In this document: positions 48,117 to 57,677 of the stretch, one piece after another | How positions within the stretch are numbered: the stretch's first letter is position 1 | Layout: every line of letters starts with the position of its first letter | Position numbers and translations under genes: made by a program | The notes under the pieces: generated by a model | What the model saw: only the letters and a program-made list of their open reading frames with translations | What the model was told of the DNA's origin: nothing | Databases searched by the model: none | Assembly: GCA_963781585.1 (NCBI GenBank) | Contig: CAWAGQ010000011.1 | Span: 128,001-192,000 of the forward strand | Reading direction: 5' to 3' | DNA: 64,000 nt | DNA from: an uncultured Gemmatimonadaceae bacterium | Lineage (GTDB): Bacteria > Gemmatimonadota > Gemmatimonadetes > Gemmatimonadales > Gemmatimonadaceae

Positions 48117-50861
48117 TTAGCGCCCGGGCGACGCGGTCGGCGGCGTCCAGAATCCCGGCGCCCCGTGGGCCTGCGCCGCGACGTCGTGCGAGAAGAACGC
48201 CGCGTTGAATACTGCCCGGAACGACCCCTGTGGTTGGCCCCGCCACTCCGGCTGGAACGCGAACAGCACCACATGGCCATCCCCATGTCGCGCGTCGATG
48301 GCAGCCGCATATCCCTCCATGTACTTCTCGCCTTTCAGAAAGCCCGATCGAAGGGGCGAAACATCGCTCGCGTACTTCGCCAACACCGCACCCTCGAATC
48401 CGTCGAGTGTGGTGAACACCGGGCTGCCACTCACGAAGACATCGGCCTGCTCCGGCATCCCCGCCATCACCGGATGGGTCGGATCGGTTGTCACGCGCAT
48501 GATCGAACCGCCGGTGAAGTACTCCTGGCGCGAGACACCCGCGACGACGTTCCGCACCGGCAACTGGAATGTGCCGATCGCCGACGAGGTCCCCTGGTTC
48601 CAGAAGACGACCGTCCCGCCGCCCCGCACGAATTCGTCGACTGCGCGCACACGCGTGCTGTCGTCCATCGCGCGCATCCGCGCACTGTCCTGCGCCGCCT
48701 GACTGGGTGGTGCCCCTCGGCCACCCCCACGCCCTCCGCGGCCGCCACCACCACCGCCGCGGCCGAAGCCCCGCCCGCCAGCCGACAGCGCCTGCGACCC
48801 GAACAGGATCGCATCGAAACGCGAGGAGAGGTTCCCCCCCTTCAGATCGTCCGGCCCGATGAGCGAATAGCGGTAGCCGTGCGTGTCGAGCAGCCATTCG
48901 CTCCATCCCTCGTCCATGTTCCCCGGCGACGCCTTGTAGAGCGCAATCCGCGTCGCCACCGGAATCGACGATCCGGCGGCTGACGACATGCGCTCACCGC
49001 GCACCCACAGTTCGCTCGCCCACGCGCCAAGCTTCGTCGCGTCGACCCCCGAGACCAGATACCGCGCCGCCTTCCCGCCGGCCGCCGGTTCGTAACGCAC
49101 CGATCCGCCGGCGCCGAGTGCACGGTTGATGAGACGGAAGGCGTTGGTCTGCGCCGGGTCGAGTGAAACGACGTCGCCGGAACCGGTGAGCCCACCGGGC
49201 GGTGGAACGATCCCGGCCGCCTCGGCGTTCGTCGTGAACGGATAGTCCGGCGCCGCTCCCCACGCGTCCGCCTTGCCCGATACCGGCGCGAGCGCGGACC
49301 GGAATGCGGCCGGCAGCGGCACCGAGCCCTCCACTACTTGCACATTCATTTGATAGGGGAGCGTCCACCCGGCCGCATCGTACGGCAGGTCTTCGCCCAG
49401 ATCCGGGTACTGCTGTGGCTCGAACAACTCGCGTACCAGCTGCGCGAATTCCTGGTCCATGGGAATGACCCAGGTGCCGCGCGGATACGTCGTGCCGTTG
49501 TACGACGCCTCGCGACTCAGCTGCTGTATGCGCACCCCGAGGAACGCCATGCGGCGCAGCAGCTCAACCGGCGCCACCGGATCCCACTGGTCTTGCGGGA
49601 TGAGATACGCATATGGCGCCGAAGTCCGGAACTGGTGAATGGTGCGCGTCCCCGCCTGATACCGGTTGTACAACACCTCCTCCTTGAACTTCGAGGCGTA
49701 CCGGAGCGTCGCGATCGACGCCGTCACCATGTAGTCGACCGCATCCCGGAGCCCCCATTTCCCTTCTGCCCACGGACTCACGTACAACGGGAGCGGGCGG
49801 AGGTCTCGGTACGCCTGCGGCAGACTGTCCACCGTGGTCGTGCGCGGCGTGGCGCAGTTTCCGCCCTGCGTCTCCGTCCACCACGACGGGATGTTCTGGT
49901 ACATCGGCATGTAGTCGATGTAGCCGGGATACCAGGCATCGTACGTCTCCAGCATGTGCACCGCGCCCGGCTTCCCTTGAGCGTCGAGCTCCTCGGCAAT
50001 CCGCGTGCCGATCGCGTTGACCTCGCGCGCCATGATCGGCGGCACGCGCAGCCCCACCGGATCGGCGAACGGCGGAATCCAGATTCGGGTGGGGAACGGC
50101 GACGACTGGTGGTGCACGTAGATGATGTCCGGTTCCCACGCCCGCCACGTGTGGGCGATCACCCGCGACTCGATCTGGTTCAGCATGTAGCTGTCGCGGT
50201 TGTTGTCGTGCCCGACGTATTTCTGGTAGAGCTCCATCGGTCCCGGGTTCTTTCCCTCGTCGCGCGCCCGGCACCAGTTCACCACGATGTCCTGACCGTC
50301 CGGATTGATCGAGGGCCAGAGGAAGAGAATCACGTTGTTGAAGATCGCCTGCATCTCGGGGTCGTCGGCGTGCGAGAGCAGTTCGTAGGCGAGTTGCGGC
50401 GTGTGCTGCGAGCCCGCGATCTCGGAAGCGTGCAGCCCGCCGCTGATGTCGACGATCGCGCGCCCCTCCCGCGCCAGCCGGTGCGCCTCGGCGTCCGTCA
50501 GCCCCTCCGGATGCGCCAGCTGCATGTTGATCTGCCGGAAATGATCGATGGCCGCGAGGTTCGCCGGCGACGAGATGAGCGCGACCGTCCACGGGTGGCC
50601 GAACGATGTCTTGCCCACCTCCATGAGGCGGATGCGAGGGCTTGCCGCCGCCAGCTTGCGGAAATAGGCGATCGACTGGTCATAGCCGAACAGCTTGTAA
50701 TCGGCGCCGACCGGAAACCCGAACACCGACTCGGGTGTGGGGATGGCCGGTCGCTGCCCCGGTGCCTGTGCCTCCGCTGGCTGGGCGACCGCGACGGCGA
50801 GGGCGAGGGTGGTGGCGAAGGATCGAAGGGCGCGGTGGCCCCTGGAAACAAGGCGCGGCAT
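48117..50861 (-). CDS. Secreted M14 zinc carboxypeptidase-family protein
   Basis: GLHASE, SINPDG, GHDNNRD, HHQ, PYDAAGWTLP, and a C-terminal GATase-like domain. Confidence 0.9.
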   Translation of the reverse strand: MPRLVSRGHRALRSFATTLALAVAVAQPAEAQAPGQRPAIPTPESVFGFPVGADYKLFGYDQSIAYFRKLAAASPRIRLMEVGKTSFGHPWTVALISSPANLAAIDHFRQINMQLAHPEGLTDAEAHRLAREGRAIVDISGGLHASEIAGSQHTPQLAYELLSHADDPEMQAIFNNVILFLWPSINPDGQDIVVNWCRARDEGKNPGPMELYQKYVGHDNNRDSYMLNQIESRVIAHTWRAWEPDIIYVHHQSSPFPTRIWIPPFADPVGLRVPPIMAREVNAIGTRIAEELDAQGKPGAVHMLETYDAWYPGYIDYMPMYQNIPSWWTETQGGNCATPRTTTVDSLPQAYRDLRPLPLYVSPWAEGKWGLRDAVDYMVTASIATLRYASKFKEEVLYNRYQAGTRTIHQFRTSAPYAYLIPQDQWDPVAPVELLRRMAFLGVRIQQLSREASYNGTTYPRGTWVIPMDQEFAQLVRELFEPQQYPDLGEDLPYDAAGWTLPYQMNVQVVEGSVPLPAAFRSALAPVSGKADAWGAAPDYPFTTNAEAAGIVPPPGGLTGSGDVVSLDPAQTNAFRLINRALGAGGSVRYEPAAGGKAARYLVSGVDATKLGAWASELWVRGERMSSAAGSSIPVATRIALYKASPGNMDEGWSEWLLDTHGYRYSLIGPDDLKGGNLSSRFDAILFGSQALSAGGRGFGRGGGGGGRGGRGGGRGAPPSQAAQDSARMRAMDDSTRVRAVDEFVRGGGTVVFWNQGTSSAIGTFQLPVRNVVAGVSRQEYFTGGSIMRVTTDPTHPVMAGMPEQADVFVSGSPVFTTLDGFEGAVLAKYASDVSPLRSGFLKGEKYMEGYAAAIDARHGDGHVVLFAFQPEWRGQPQGSFRAVFNAAFFSHDVAAQAHGAPGFWTPPTASPGR

Positions 50862-51020
50862 CGAAATCTCCTGCGTGGTATTCGCGCGAAACTGCCGGAA
50901 TCAATCGAACGAGTGCGTCTGCCTAACTGTACCAGGTCGCGAACGGCTCACTCCCCCACCCACGCTCGCGAAGATGCGTGCGCTCTCCCGGTCCCACCAG
51001 TCCTGCATCACCCATCGACA

Positions 51021-51824
51021 TCAGCGTTCACGGGTCCAGAGGAGCAGGACCCCGCAATCGGAATTCATCGGGCTGTATCCGGCCGGGAGCGTCGCTCCGC
51101 CGGGGTGATACTCCACGCCGGCAAAGTCGCGGACGCTCAGCCGGCTGAAGTCGGGTCGTGTCGCGGCCGGCTGGGTGTAGTCCCAGATGCGCGCGCCGTC
51201 CATATACACGGTCACGAAGCACGTAATCATCCGGTCGGCGTTCAGGAACACCGGACCCGGTGCCTGCTTCCGACCGGACGCCAGATAGATCGACCCGTTC
51301 ACGCGCACCAGATACACCCCCGGGATCTGCGAGAGGATCACGCTGTTCAGCATCTTGTCGTCGTTCTTGCGGAGCGTCTCCTCGGAAATGAAGTGTCCGA
51401 ATCCGCGCGCCCGCCGCTCCTCGAACGCGCGCAGGGCCGGCGAGATGTAGGTGTGGGTCGTCGTGGTGTGCACCGTGTCCAGCACCGTGACCTGCCGCGT
51501 GAGTGCATAGTCGCGGTGCAGCGTCTGGTCCGCGGCCAGCGTGACGGTGTCTCGTCGGGGCAGAAAGCCGATGCGCCGCACTTCGACCGCCAGAGCGCCC
51601 GCGGGCAGCCCCGCGAGCCGGAACCGGCCATCGGCCGAGGTCACGACCCGCTGATGCAGCAGGGGAATGGACACCTCCGCGTCGGGGAGTCCCATCCCCG
51701 TCGAATCATCCGTCACCGTCCCCACCAGAGCCGCTGCCTGGGTCGGTTGCTGCGCCGGGATCGCGCGCACGCCCGCGGCGAGCAGCAGCCCCGCGGGGAT
51801 GAGCTGTCGCGTCCAGCGACGCAT
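51021..51824 (-). CDS. Secreted carboxypeptidase-regulatory-like domain + TonB plug-like domain, no barrel
   Basis: LVGTVTD..G..L.DAEV, ADGRFRL, RRIGF; then IPGV, VYMDG, GVEY and CGVLLLWTR. Confidence 0.75.
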   Translation of the reverse strand: MRRWTRQLIPAGLLLAAGVRAIPAQQPTQAAALVGTVTDDSTGMGLPDAEVSIPLLHQRVVTSADGRFRLAGLPAGALAVEVRRIGFLPRRDTVTLAADQTLHRDYALTRQVTVLDTVHTTTTHTYISPALRAFEERRARGFGHFISEETLRKNDDKMLNSVILSQIPGVYLVRVNGSIYLASGRKQAPGPVFLNADRMITCFVTVYMDGARIWDYTQPAATRPDFSRLSVRDFAGVEYHPGGATLPAGYSPMNSDCGVLLLWTRER

Positions 51825-51854
51825 CGGCGGTCCCGGGGCGCGACAGAGCGCCGG

Positions 51855-52622
51855 CTACAGCGCGCCGACCGCGACGGTGCGGAGCGTAGAGCTGCGCAGG
51901 ATGCTTTCGACGACCATGCGCTCGGTGGCGTGAATCTCCTCCTCGACGAGTCGCCTCGCCTCGGGTGCCTGCTTGCGACGGAGAGCGGCAAGCAGGGCCT
52001 CGTGGCTATGGACGGCTTCCTGACTCTGTGGGTGCAGGAGCATTCCGAACTGGATGATGCGCTGACTCTCCACCAGCAGCTGGTCGACCAGCGCGGCCAG
52101 CTTCCGGTTGCCGCAGGCGTCGGCGATGGTCGCGTGGAAGAGGCGGTTCGCGTGCAGGAATGCGCGGACAGACTCCGGTTTCGTCACGTCGTATCCAACG
52201 TGACAGAGCTCGTCCAGGGCGTTCGCATGTGCTCGATCCAGCCGGCCGGTGGCCAGGGTGATCGCGGCCGGTTCGACGATGAGCCGCAATCCACACAGGT
52301 CTTCCACGTCCCGGAGGCTGATCGGAGCGACGGCATATCCCTGCCTGGGACGCACCACCACCAGCCCCTCATGCACCAAACGGCGCAGGGCTTCCCGCAC
52401 GGGCGTCTTGCCGGCCCGCATCTGGTTGGCGACTTCGCTCTCCGTCAGGCGCTCTCCGGGCGGCCGCTCGCAGGCGATGATCGATTGGCGGAGTTGAACG
52501 TACGCGATTTCGCTGGCGGAGCCCGCGGCGAGCGATCGCGTCGGGCCACCCCGTCGTCCAGGCCGCGCCGCCGTGGGTTGGTCCGCGAGGCGACGCGGAA
52601 TGCCTTTCAGGATCTTTCTCAT
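51855..52622 (-). CDS. GntR-family (FCD) transcriptional regulator; start uncertain
   Basis: PGERLTE, KTPVREALRRL..EGLV, N..FH..I...CGN, H..LL.AL. Confidence 0.9.
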   Translation of the reverse strand: MRKILKGIPRRLADQPTAARPGRRGGPTRSLAAGSASEIAYVQLRQSIIACERPPGERLTESEVANQMRAGKTPVREALRRLVHEGLVVVRPRQGYAVAPISLRDVEDLCGLRLIVEPAAITLATGRLDRAHANALDELCHVGYDVTKPESVRAFLHANRLFHATIADACGNRKLAALVDQLLVESQRIIQFGMLLHPQSQEAVHSHEALLAALRRKQAPEARRLVEEEIHATERMVVESILRSSTLRTVAVGAL

Positions 52623-52660
52623 GCCGTCCCCGGGGTCGGACTGCTCTCGTCCCATGTGCA

Positions 52661-52689
52661 TTGACACGACATACCAGGAGCCGTACAGT
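52661..52689 (+). promoter_or_regulatory. Sigma70 promoter for the susC/susD/peptidase operon
   Basis: TTGACA-N17-TACAGT followed by the AT-rich AATATATCAC, a possible GntR site. Confidence 0.6.
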
Positions 52690-52967
52690 AATATATCACG
52701 ACCCGGGCTTCGGGCCGAGAGTTTTTTCGCAGCGACTGTCGTCTCCAGCGGCGCACGCGCCGGTGTCGAGCGATCGTCGGTGCGGGCGTTGGTCGGAGTC
52801 ACCAGAATGCCCGGCCCACCGGCGGCCCGTTCGCCGGCAGGCCTGAGTGGTTTGCGTCAGCCGCCTAACGAACGATGCGCACGTCGCGACCTGCGGCAGG
52901 CGCCCGCCGTTGCGACGGCAGACGAGTCGGCAGGTCGTTCGCATTCATCAGCAGGAGGACTCCGATT

Positions 52968-55900
52968 ATGAACCTGTTTCATTGCAGACGTCTGGCGGTC
53001 ACGGGCGCGGTGCTCGCCCTTCTCGGACCGCCCCTCCACTCCCTCGCGGCGCAGGGCACGCTCACCGGCAAGGTCACGGCCCAGGCCAACGATCAGCCCC
53101 TCGCCGACGCCACCATCCTCGTCCTGGGGACCAACTCGTCGGCGCTGACCGGACCGGACGGCAGCTACACCATCAAGAACGTCCGCGCCGGCACGTTCGA
53201 CGTGCAGGCCCTCCACGTCGGGTTCCGGCCAATCAAGAAATCGGTCACCGTCAGCAACGGCTCGACCACCAAGGCCGATTTCGTCCTCGAGATCTCGATC
53301 GTGCAGCTCCAGGAGGTCGTCACCACCGCCACCGGACAGCAACGACGCATCGAGCTCGGTAACGCGGTCTCCACCCTCGGCAACGTCTCCAAGGTCGTGG
53401 AGCAGTCGGCGGTGCGATCAGTCTCCGACCTGCTGCTCGCCAAGTCGCCAGGCGTGGTGGTCCTTCCCAACACCACGCTGGGGGGCGCCCCGACGGTCCG
53501 AATCCGCGGGACGTCGTCGATCAGCTTGAGCAACGCGCCCATCTACTATGTGGACGGCGTGCGCTTTTCCTCGAATGATCTGACGTCGGGCACCGACACC
53601 CGGTTCTCGCTGCTGAACACGCTCAATCCCGATGAGATCGAGGATGTCGAGATCGTGAAAGGGCCTTCGGCCGCCACCCTCTACGGCACCAACGCGGCCA
53701 ACGGCGTCGTCCTCATCACCACCAAGAAAGGGAGATCGGGGCAGACCCACTGGAACTGGACCGCCGAAGGCGGACAGGTCAAGGACGAGGTCCCCTATCC
53801 CACGATGTACGCCAACTGGGGACACTCCCCCACCGATCCGAGCAAGATCATCCGCTGCCGGCTGGCGACGATGGGACCGACCACCTGCATCTCCGACAGC
53901 CTGACGAGTTACAACTACCTGCGCGACCCCAGCCGCACCTTCCTGAATACCGGCAACCGGAGCCTGTACGGCGTGAGCGTGCAGGGTGGGAACGACGTCG
54001 TGCGCTTCTTCGCCAACGGAGACCTCGAAAACGAGATCGGGCCGATGCAGATGCCCGGCTACGAGATCCAGCGCTTCGACTCGCTGCACGTCAAGGTGCT
54101 GGATCAGTGGAAGAACCCGCTGGCGATGAACCGGAAGTCGTTCCGCGGTAACCTGTCTGCTACGCTGAGCCCGAAAATCGACCTGAGCATCAGTTCGGGA
54201 TTCACGAACCTCTACAACCGGATCCCGCCCGAAAGTGATCTGATCATCTCGTTGCTCTACGTCGGGATGCAGAACTACGGATTCAAGGGCCCTGGACTCG
54301 ACAAGATCACCAATCAGGTGAATGGCACGCCGCTCAACGACGCCTTCCAGTGGGCGCCGGGCGACATCATGCAGAACATCAACGAATCGACCGTCCAGCG
54401 GACCACGATGAGCACCAACGGCAACTGGCGGCCGTTCTCGTGGATGCAGAACGACGCGACGATCGGCATGGACCTGTCCAACGCCGGATACTACCAGATC
54501 TGTCGCCTCGAAGAGTGCCCGCCGCAGAACGCCACCGCGCGACTCGGGCGTGTAACCGACAACAAGCACAATTACCTGAATCTCAGCGCCCGCTTCTCGA
54601 GCAACTCCTCGTGGAACGTGAGGCCGTGGGCCAACCTCCAGACCTCGATCGGGGGTGACTACACGAACGTCGAAGACGACTTCGTGAATTCGGGTGGGAC
54701 CATCCTGCCTCCGGGCGCGTCGACGGTAAGTGCGGCATCCACCCGGTCGGCATCGCAGCAGCAGCCGACGGCGGTGAAGACGCTCGGTCTGTACGTGCAG
54801 GAGCAGGCGTCGCTCCGCGATCGCCTCTTCCTCACCGCCGCGATCCGCACCGACCAGAACAGTGCCTTCGGGACCAACTTCCAGAAGGTCTACTATCCGA
54901 AGGCGAGCATCTCGTGGCTCGTGTCGGATGAATCATTCTTCCCGCGCCTGTCGTGGGTAAACAGCTTCCGACTGCGCAGCGCCTACGGCGCGAGCGGCGT
55001 GCAGCCGGGCGCCACGGCGTCGTTGGTGACGTTCAACCCCGGTAGCGTGAGTATCCCGGCACGCGGATCCACCACGGGGTCCGACACCCCGGGGCTCACC
55101 GCCAATCAGCCGGGGAATGCCAATCTCAAGCCGGAGAAGTCCACCGAACTCGAAGCCGGCTTCGAGTCCCAGCTGCTCGGCAACCGCCTGCGCCTCGACT
55201 TCACCTACTATCGGAAGCAGACCAAGGATGCCCTGGTCTCGGTGAGCCTCGCGCCGTCGTCCGCGTCGTCGCAGCTCAGCCCCCTCCAGAACATCGGCTC
55301 CACCCGCAACTGGGGCCAGGAAGCGACCATCAACGCCCAGCTGCTCGACATCAGGCCCGTCACCTGGGACGTCACCATCAACGCGTCGCACAACAGCAGC
55401 AAGGTCGTCAACCTGGGCCTCGATCCCAACACCGGCGAGCCGCGCATTCTCCGCAGCGGCAGCCAGGGCGGCGAGGTGCGCCAGATACCAGGCCTGCCGA
55501 TCAACTCGATGTTCTACCGCCCGTACACCTATAACGACGACAACGGCGACGGCATCCTGCAGGTTGACGAGGTACACGTCGACTCGGCATTCAAGTACTT
55601 CGGCTATCGCACGCCGCGCGACCTGGTCTCCATTCAGACCGGGGTCGAAGTGCTCAATCACCGCCTCCGCATCAACGCCACCTTCGATCACAAGGGTGGG
55701 GGCGGCACGCAGGACGGCGCGAACAACTTCCAGTGCTCCACAGGACCGTTCGCGTGCCAGGAGGTCGAGGATCCCAGGGCTCCTCTCGCGCTGCAGGCCC
55801 GCGCCGTCGCCAAGACCTATGGGACCCTGCTCGGCGGCACGACCTATAAATCCGGTGCCGGCTACTGGATGTCGAACAACTTCTGGAAGTGGCGTGAGAT

Positions 55901-56120
55901 CTCCGCGGTGCTCACGTTGCCCGACCGTGTGGTGGGCTACATCAGGGCCCAGACCGGATCGAACATCGTCTTCGCGGCGCGCAACCTGCGCGTCTGGACG
56001 AATTTCACCGGCTACGACCCCGAGGCGAACTACGGCCTCAATCAGTCGGACGCGCAGAACGAGTTCCAGACTGCCGGCGCGCCGACGTACTACACGATCC
56101 GCGTCAACCTGAAGTACTGA
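52968..56120 (+). CDS. SusC/RagA-like TonB-dependent receptor
   Basis: RBS AGGAGG, GTLTGKVT, IEDVEIVKGPSAATLYG...GVVLITTKKG, NANLKPE, terminal Tyr. Confidence 0.94.
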   Translation: MNLFHCRRLAVTGAVLALLGPPLHSLAAQGTLTGKVTAQANDQPLADATILVLGTNSSALTGPDGSYTIKNVRAGTFDVQALHVGFRPIKKSVTVSNGSTTKADFVLEISIVQLQEVVTTATGQQRRIELGNAVSTLGNVSKVVEQSAVRSVSDLLLAKSPGVVVLPNTTLGGAPTVRIRGTSSISLSNAPIYYVDGVRFSSNDLTSGTDTRFSLLNTLNPDEIEDVEIVKGPSAATLYGTNAANGVVLITTKKGRSGQTHWNWTAEGGQVKDEVPYPTMYANWGHSPTDPSKIIRCRLATMGPTTCISDSLTSYNYLRDPSRTFLNTGNRSLYGVSVQGGNDVVRFFANGDLENEIGPMQMPGYEIQRFDSLHVKVLDQWKNPLAMNRKSFRGNLSATLSPKIDLSISSGFTNLYNRIPPESDLIISLLYVGMQNYGFKGPGLDKITNQVNGTPLNDAFQWAPGDIMQNINESTVQRTTMSTNGNWRPFSWMQNDATIGMDLSNAGYYQICRLEECPPQNATARLGRVTDNKHNYLNLSARFSSNSSWNVRPWANLQTSIGGDYTNVEDDFVNSGGTILPPGASTVSAASTRSASQQQPTAVKTLGLYVQEQASLRDRLFLTAAIRTDQNSAFGTNFQKVYYPKASISWLVSDESFFPRLSWVNSFRLRSAYGASGVQPGATASLVTFNPGSVSIPARGSTTGSDTPGLTANQPGNANLKPEKSTELEAGFESQLLGNRLRLDFTYYRKQTKDALVSVSLAPSSASSQLSPLQNIGSTRNWGQEATINAQLLDIRPVTWDVTINASHNSSKVVNLGLDPNTGEPRILRSGSQGGEVRQIPGLPINSMFYRPYTYNDDNGDGILQVDEVHVDSAFKYFGYRTPRDLVSIQTGVEVLNHRLRINATFDHKGGGGTQDGANNFQCSTGPFACQEVEDPRAPLALQARAVAKTYGTLLGGTTYKSGAGYWMSNNFWKWREISAVLTLPDRVVGYIRAQTGSNIVFAARNLRVWTNFTGYDPEANYGLNQSDAQNEFQTAGAPTYYTIRVNLKY

Positions 56121-56142
56121 CCCCCTTCCGAGGACGATACTC

Positions 56143-57549
56143 ATGACCAGATCTGCATATCGCGCTCGTTGGGTGGCCAGTGCAATGGCCGCTTCCGTCG
56201 CTTTCGCGGCGGCCGCGTGCAACGTGAAAGACACCCTGCTCGAGCCACAGAACCCGGGGTTGATCGACGAGACGGCGGTGGGATCGCCGTCGGCGGCCCT
56301 GGCGCTGAAAGTCGGCGCCATTGGCCGACTCAAGCAGCTCGTAAACTGCGGGGGCGAGTGCATGTGGGAGGAAGGCGGGCATCTCGCCGACGAGTTCAAG
56401 AACTCCGATTTCCAGCCGGCCCGCCAGGACGTCGATCAGCGCACGATGACGACCAGCAACAACCTCCCGAGCTACGCCACTATCACCACCATCCGGGGAT
56501 ATATCAGTACCGCCATCGAAAAGATGCAGCAGTACCTGCCCGACGACCATGCCAACATCGCCGAGCTGTACATGGCGCTGGGATTCGTCGAGATGTCGAT
56601 GGCCGAGACGTACTGCAACGGTATTCCGCTCGGCAAGACGGTGGCCGGCGTGGTCGACTACTCCGACCCCGCGTTCACGCCGCTGACCAACGCCGAGGTG
56701 TACGCGATCGCCGCGACACATCTCGACAGCGCACTGACCTTGGTCGGGTCGGCGTCCGATGCGGCCAGCACCGACGTGCGCCGGGTCTCGCTGATCGTCA
56801 AGGCGAGGATCCTGGTCGACCTGAAGCAGTTCAGCGCGGCGGCGGCTCTCGTGTCAACCAGTGCGGTGCCGTCCACCTACCAGTACATGTGGACCAGCTC
56901 CACGGCCAGCAATGGCGACGATCTGGGAATCTGGAGCCTCAACAACTCCGTGGCCCGTATCACCGTGAGCGACAGCTTCGACATCATCAACGGAGAAGTC
57001 AACCTCATTCACAACGCGATCCCGTTCGTCTCGGCGAATGATCCGCGCGTACCGGTGATCCCCGGGAGCCAGGTCAACGTGGTGGCCGAAGACGGCGTCA
57101 CGCCGCTCTTCATCCAGCGCATCTGGCCCAATCGCGACGATCCGATTCCGATGGCGTCGGGAATCGATGCGCGGCTGATCGAGGCCGAGGCGAAGTTGAA
57201 CGGCAACGATATCGCGGGGATGATGACCATTCTGAACCAGCTGCGCGCCGATCGTCCCAAGATCGGCAACTACCAGCCGGGGACGATGGCTCCCCTCCCC
57301 ACGCCTTCCTCCCAGGACGCGGCCGTTTCGCTGTTCTTCCGCGAAAAGGCGTTCTGGACGTTCGGTCGCGGACAGCGGCTGGGCGACCTGCGCCGCCTGA
57401 TCCGGCAGTACGGCCGGCCGCAGGACCAGGTGTTCCCCACCGGGAACTACCTCAAGGGTGGCGTCTACGGCAGCGACGTGAATTTCCCGGTGCCCGACGG
57501 CGAGCTGGTCAACCCGAATTTCCACGGGTGTCTCGACCGGAACGCCTGA
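56143..57549 (+). CDS. RagB/SusD-like lipoprotein
   Basis: Lipobox AAAC, ETYCNGIP, ARLIEAEA, GQRLGDLRRL, FPVP..E..NPN. Confidence 0.88.
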   Translation: MTRSAYRARWVASAMAASVAFAAAACNVKDTLLEPQNPGLIDETAVGSPSAALALKVGAIGRLKQLVNCGGECMWEEGGHLADEFKNSDFQPARQDVDQRTMTTSNNLPSYATITTIRGYISTAIEKMQQYLPDDHANIAELYMALGFVEMSMAETYCNGIPLGKTVAGVVDYSDPAFTPLTNAEVYAIAATHLDSALTLVGSASDAASTDVRRVSLIVKARILVDLKQFSAAAALVSTSAVPSTYQYMWTSSTASNGDDLGIWSLNNSVARITVSDSFDIINGEVNLIHNAIPFVSANDPRVPVIPGSQVNVVAEDGVTPLFIQRIWPNRDDPIPMASGIDARLIEAEAKLNGNDIAGMMTILNQLRADRPKIGNYQPGTMAPLPTPSSQDAAVSLFFREKAFWTFGRGQRLGDLRRLIRQYGRPQDQVFPTGNYLKGGVYGSDVNFPVPDGELVNPNFHGCLDRNA

Positions 57550-57568
57550 CGCATCGTGTCGTGCAACG

Positions 57569-57609
57569 CGCAGCCCGCGCCGGACCATCGGTGCGGGCTG
57601 CGTCATTTT
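57569..57609 (+). terminator. Intergenic stem-loop (weak terminator or mRNA stabiliser)
   Basis: CGCAGCCCGC...GCGGGCTGCG stem followed by TCATTTT. Confidence 0.55.
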
Positions 57610-57677
57610 CCGGATGCAGGAAGGGTCGCGCAGCTGCGCGCCCCATGAGTTCATCGTTTACGCTCAGGAGTGGTCCA

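Noticed and set aside
49338..52664. 1108-aa plus-strand ORF
   Set aside because: Antisense shadow of the M14, plug-only and GntR genes; Arg/His-rich with no recognisable motifs, typical of high-GC DNA.
52860..52950. GCCTAAC plus imperfect inverted repeat upstream of the second susC, as an attC site or riboswitch
   Set aside because: No matching GTT core at the far end and no recognisable aptamer; at most a structured 5' leader.
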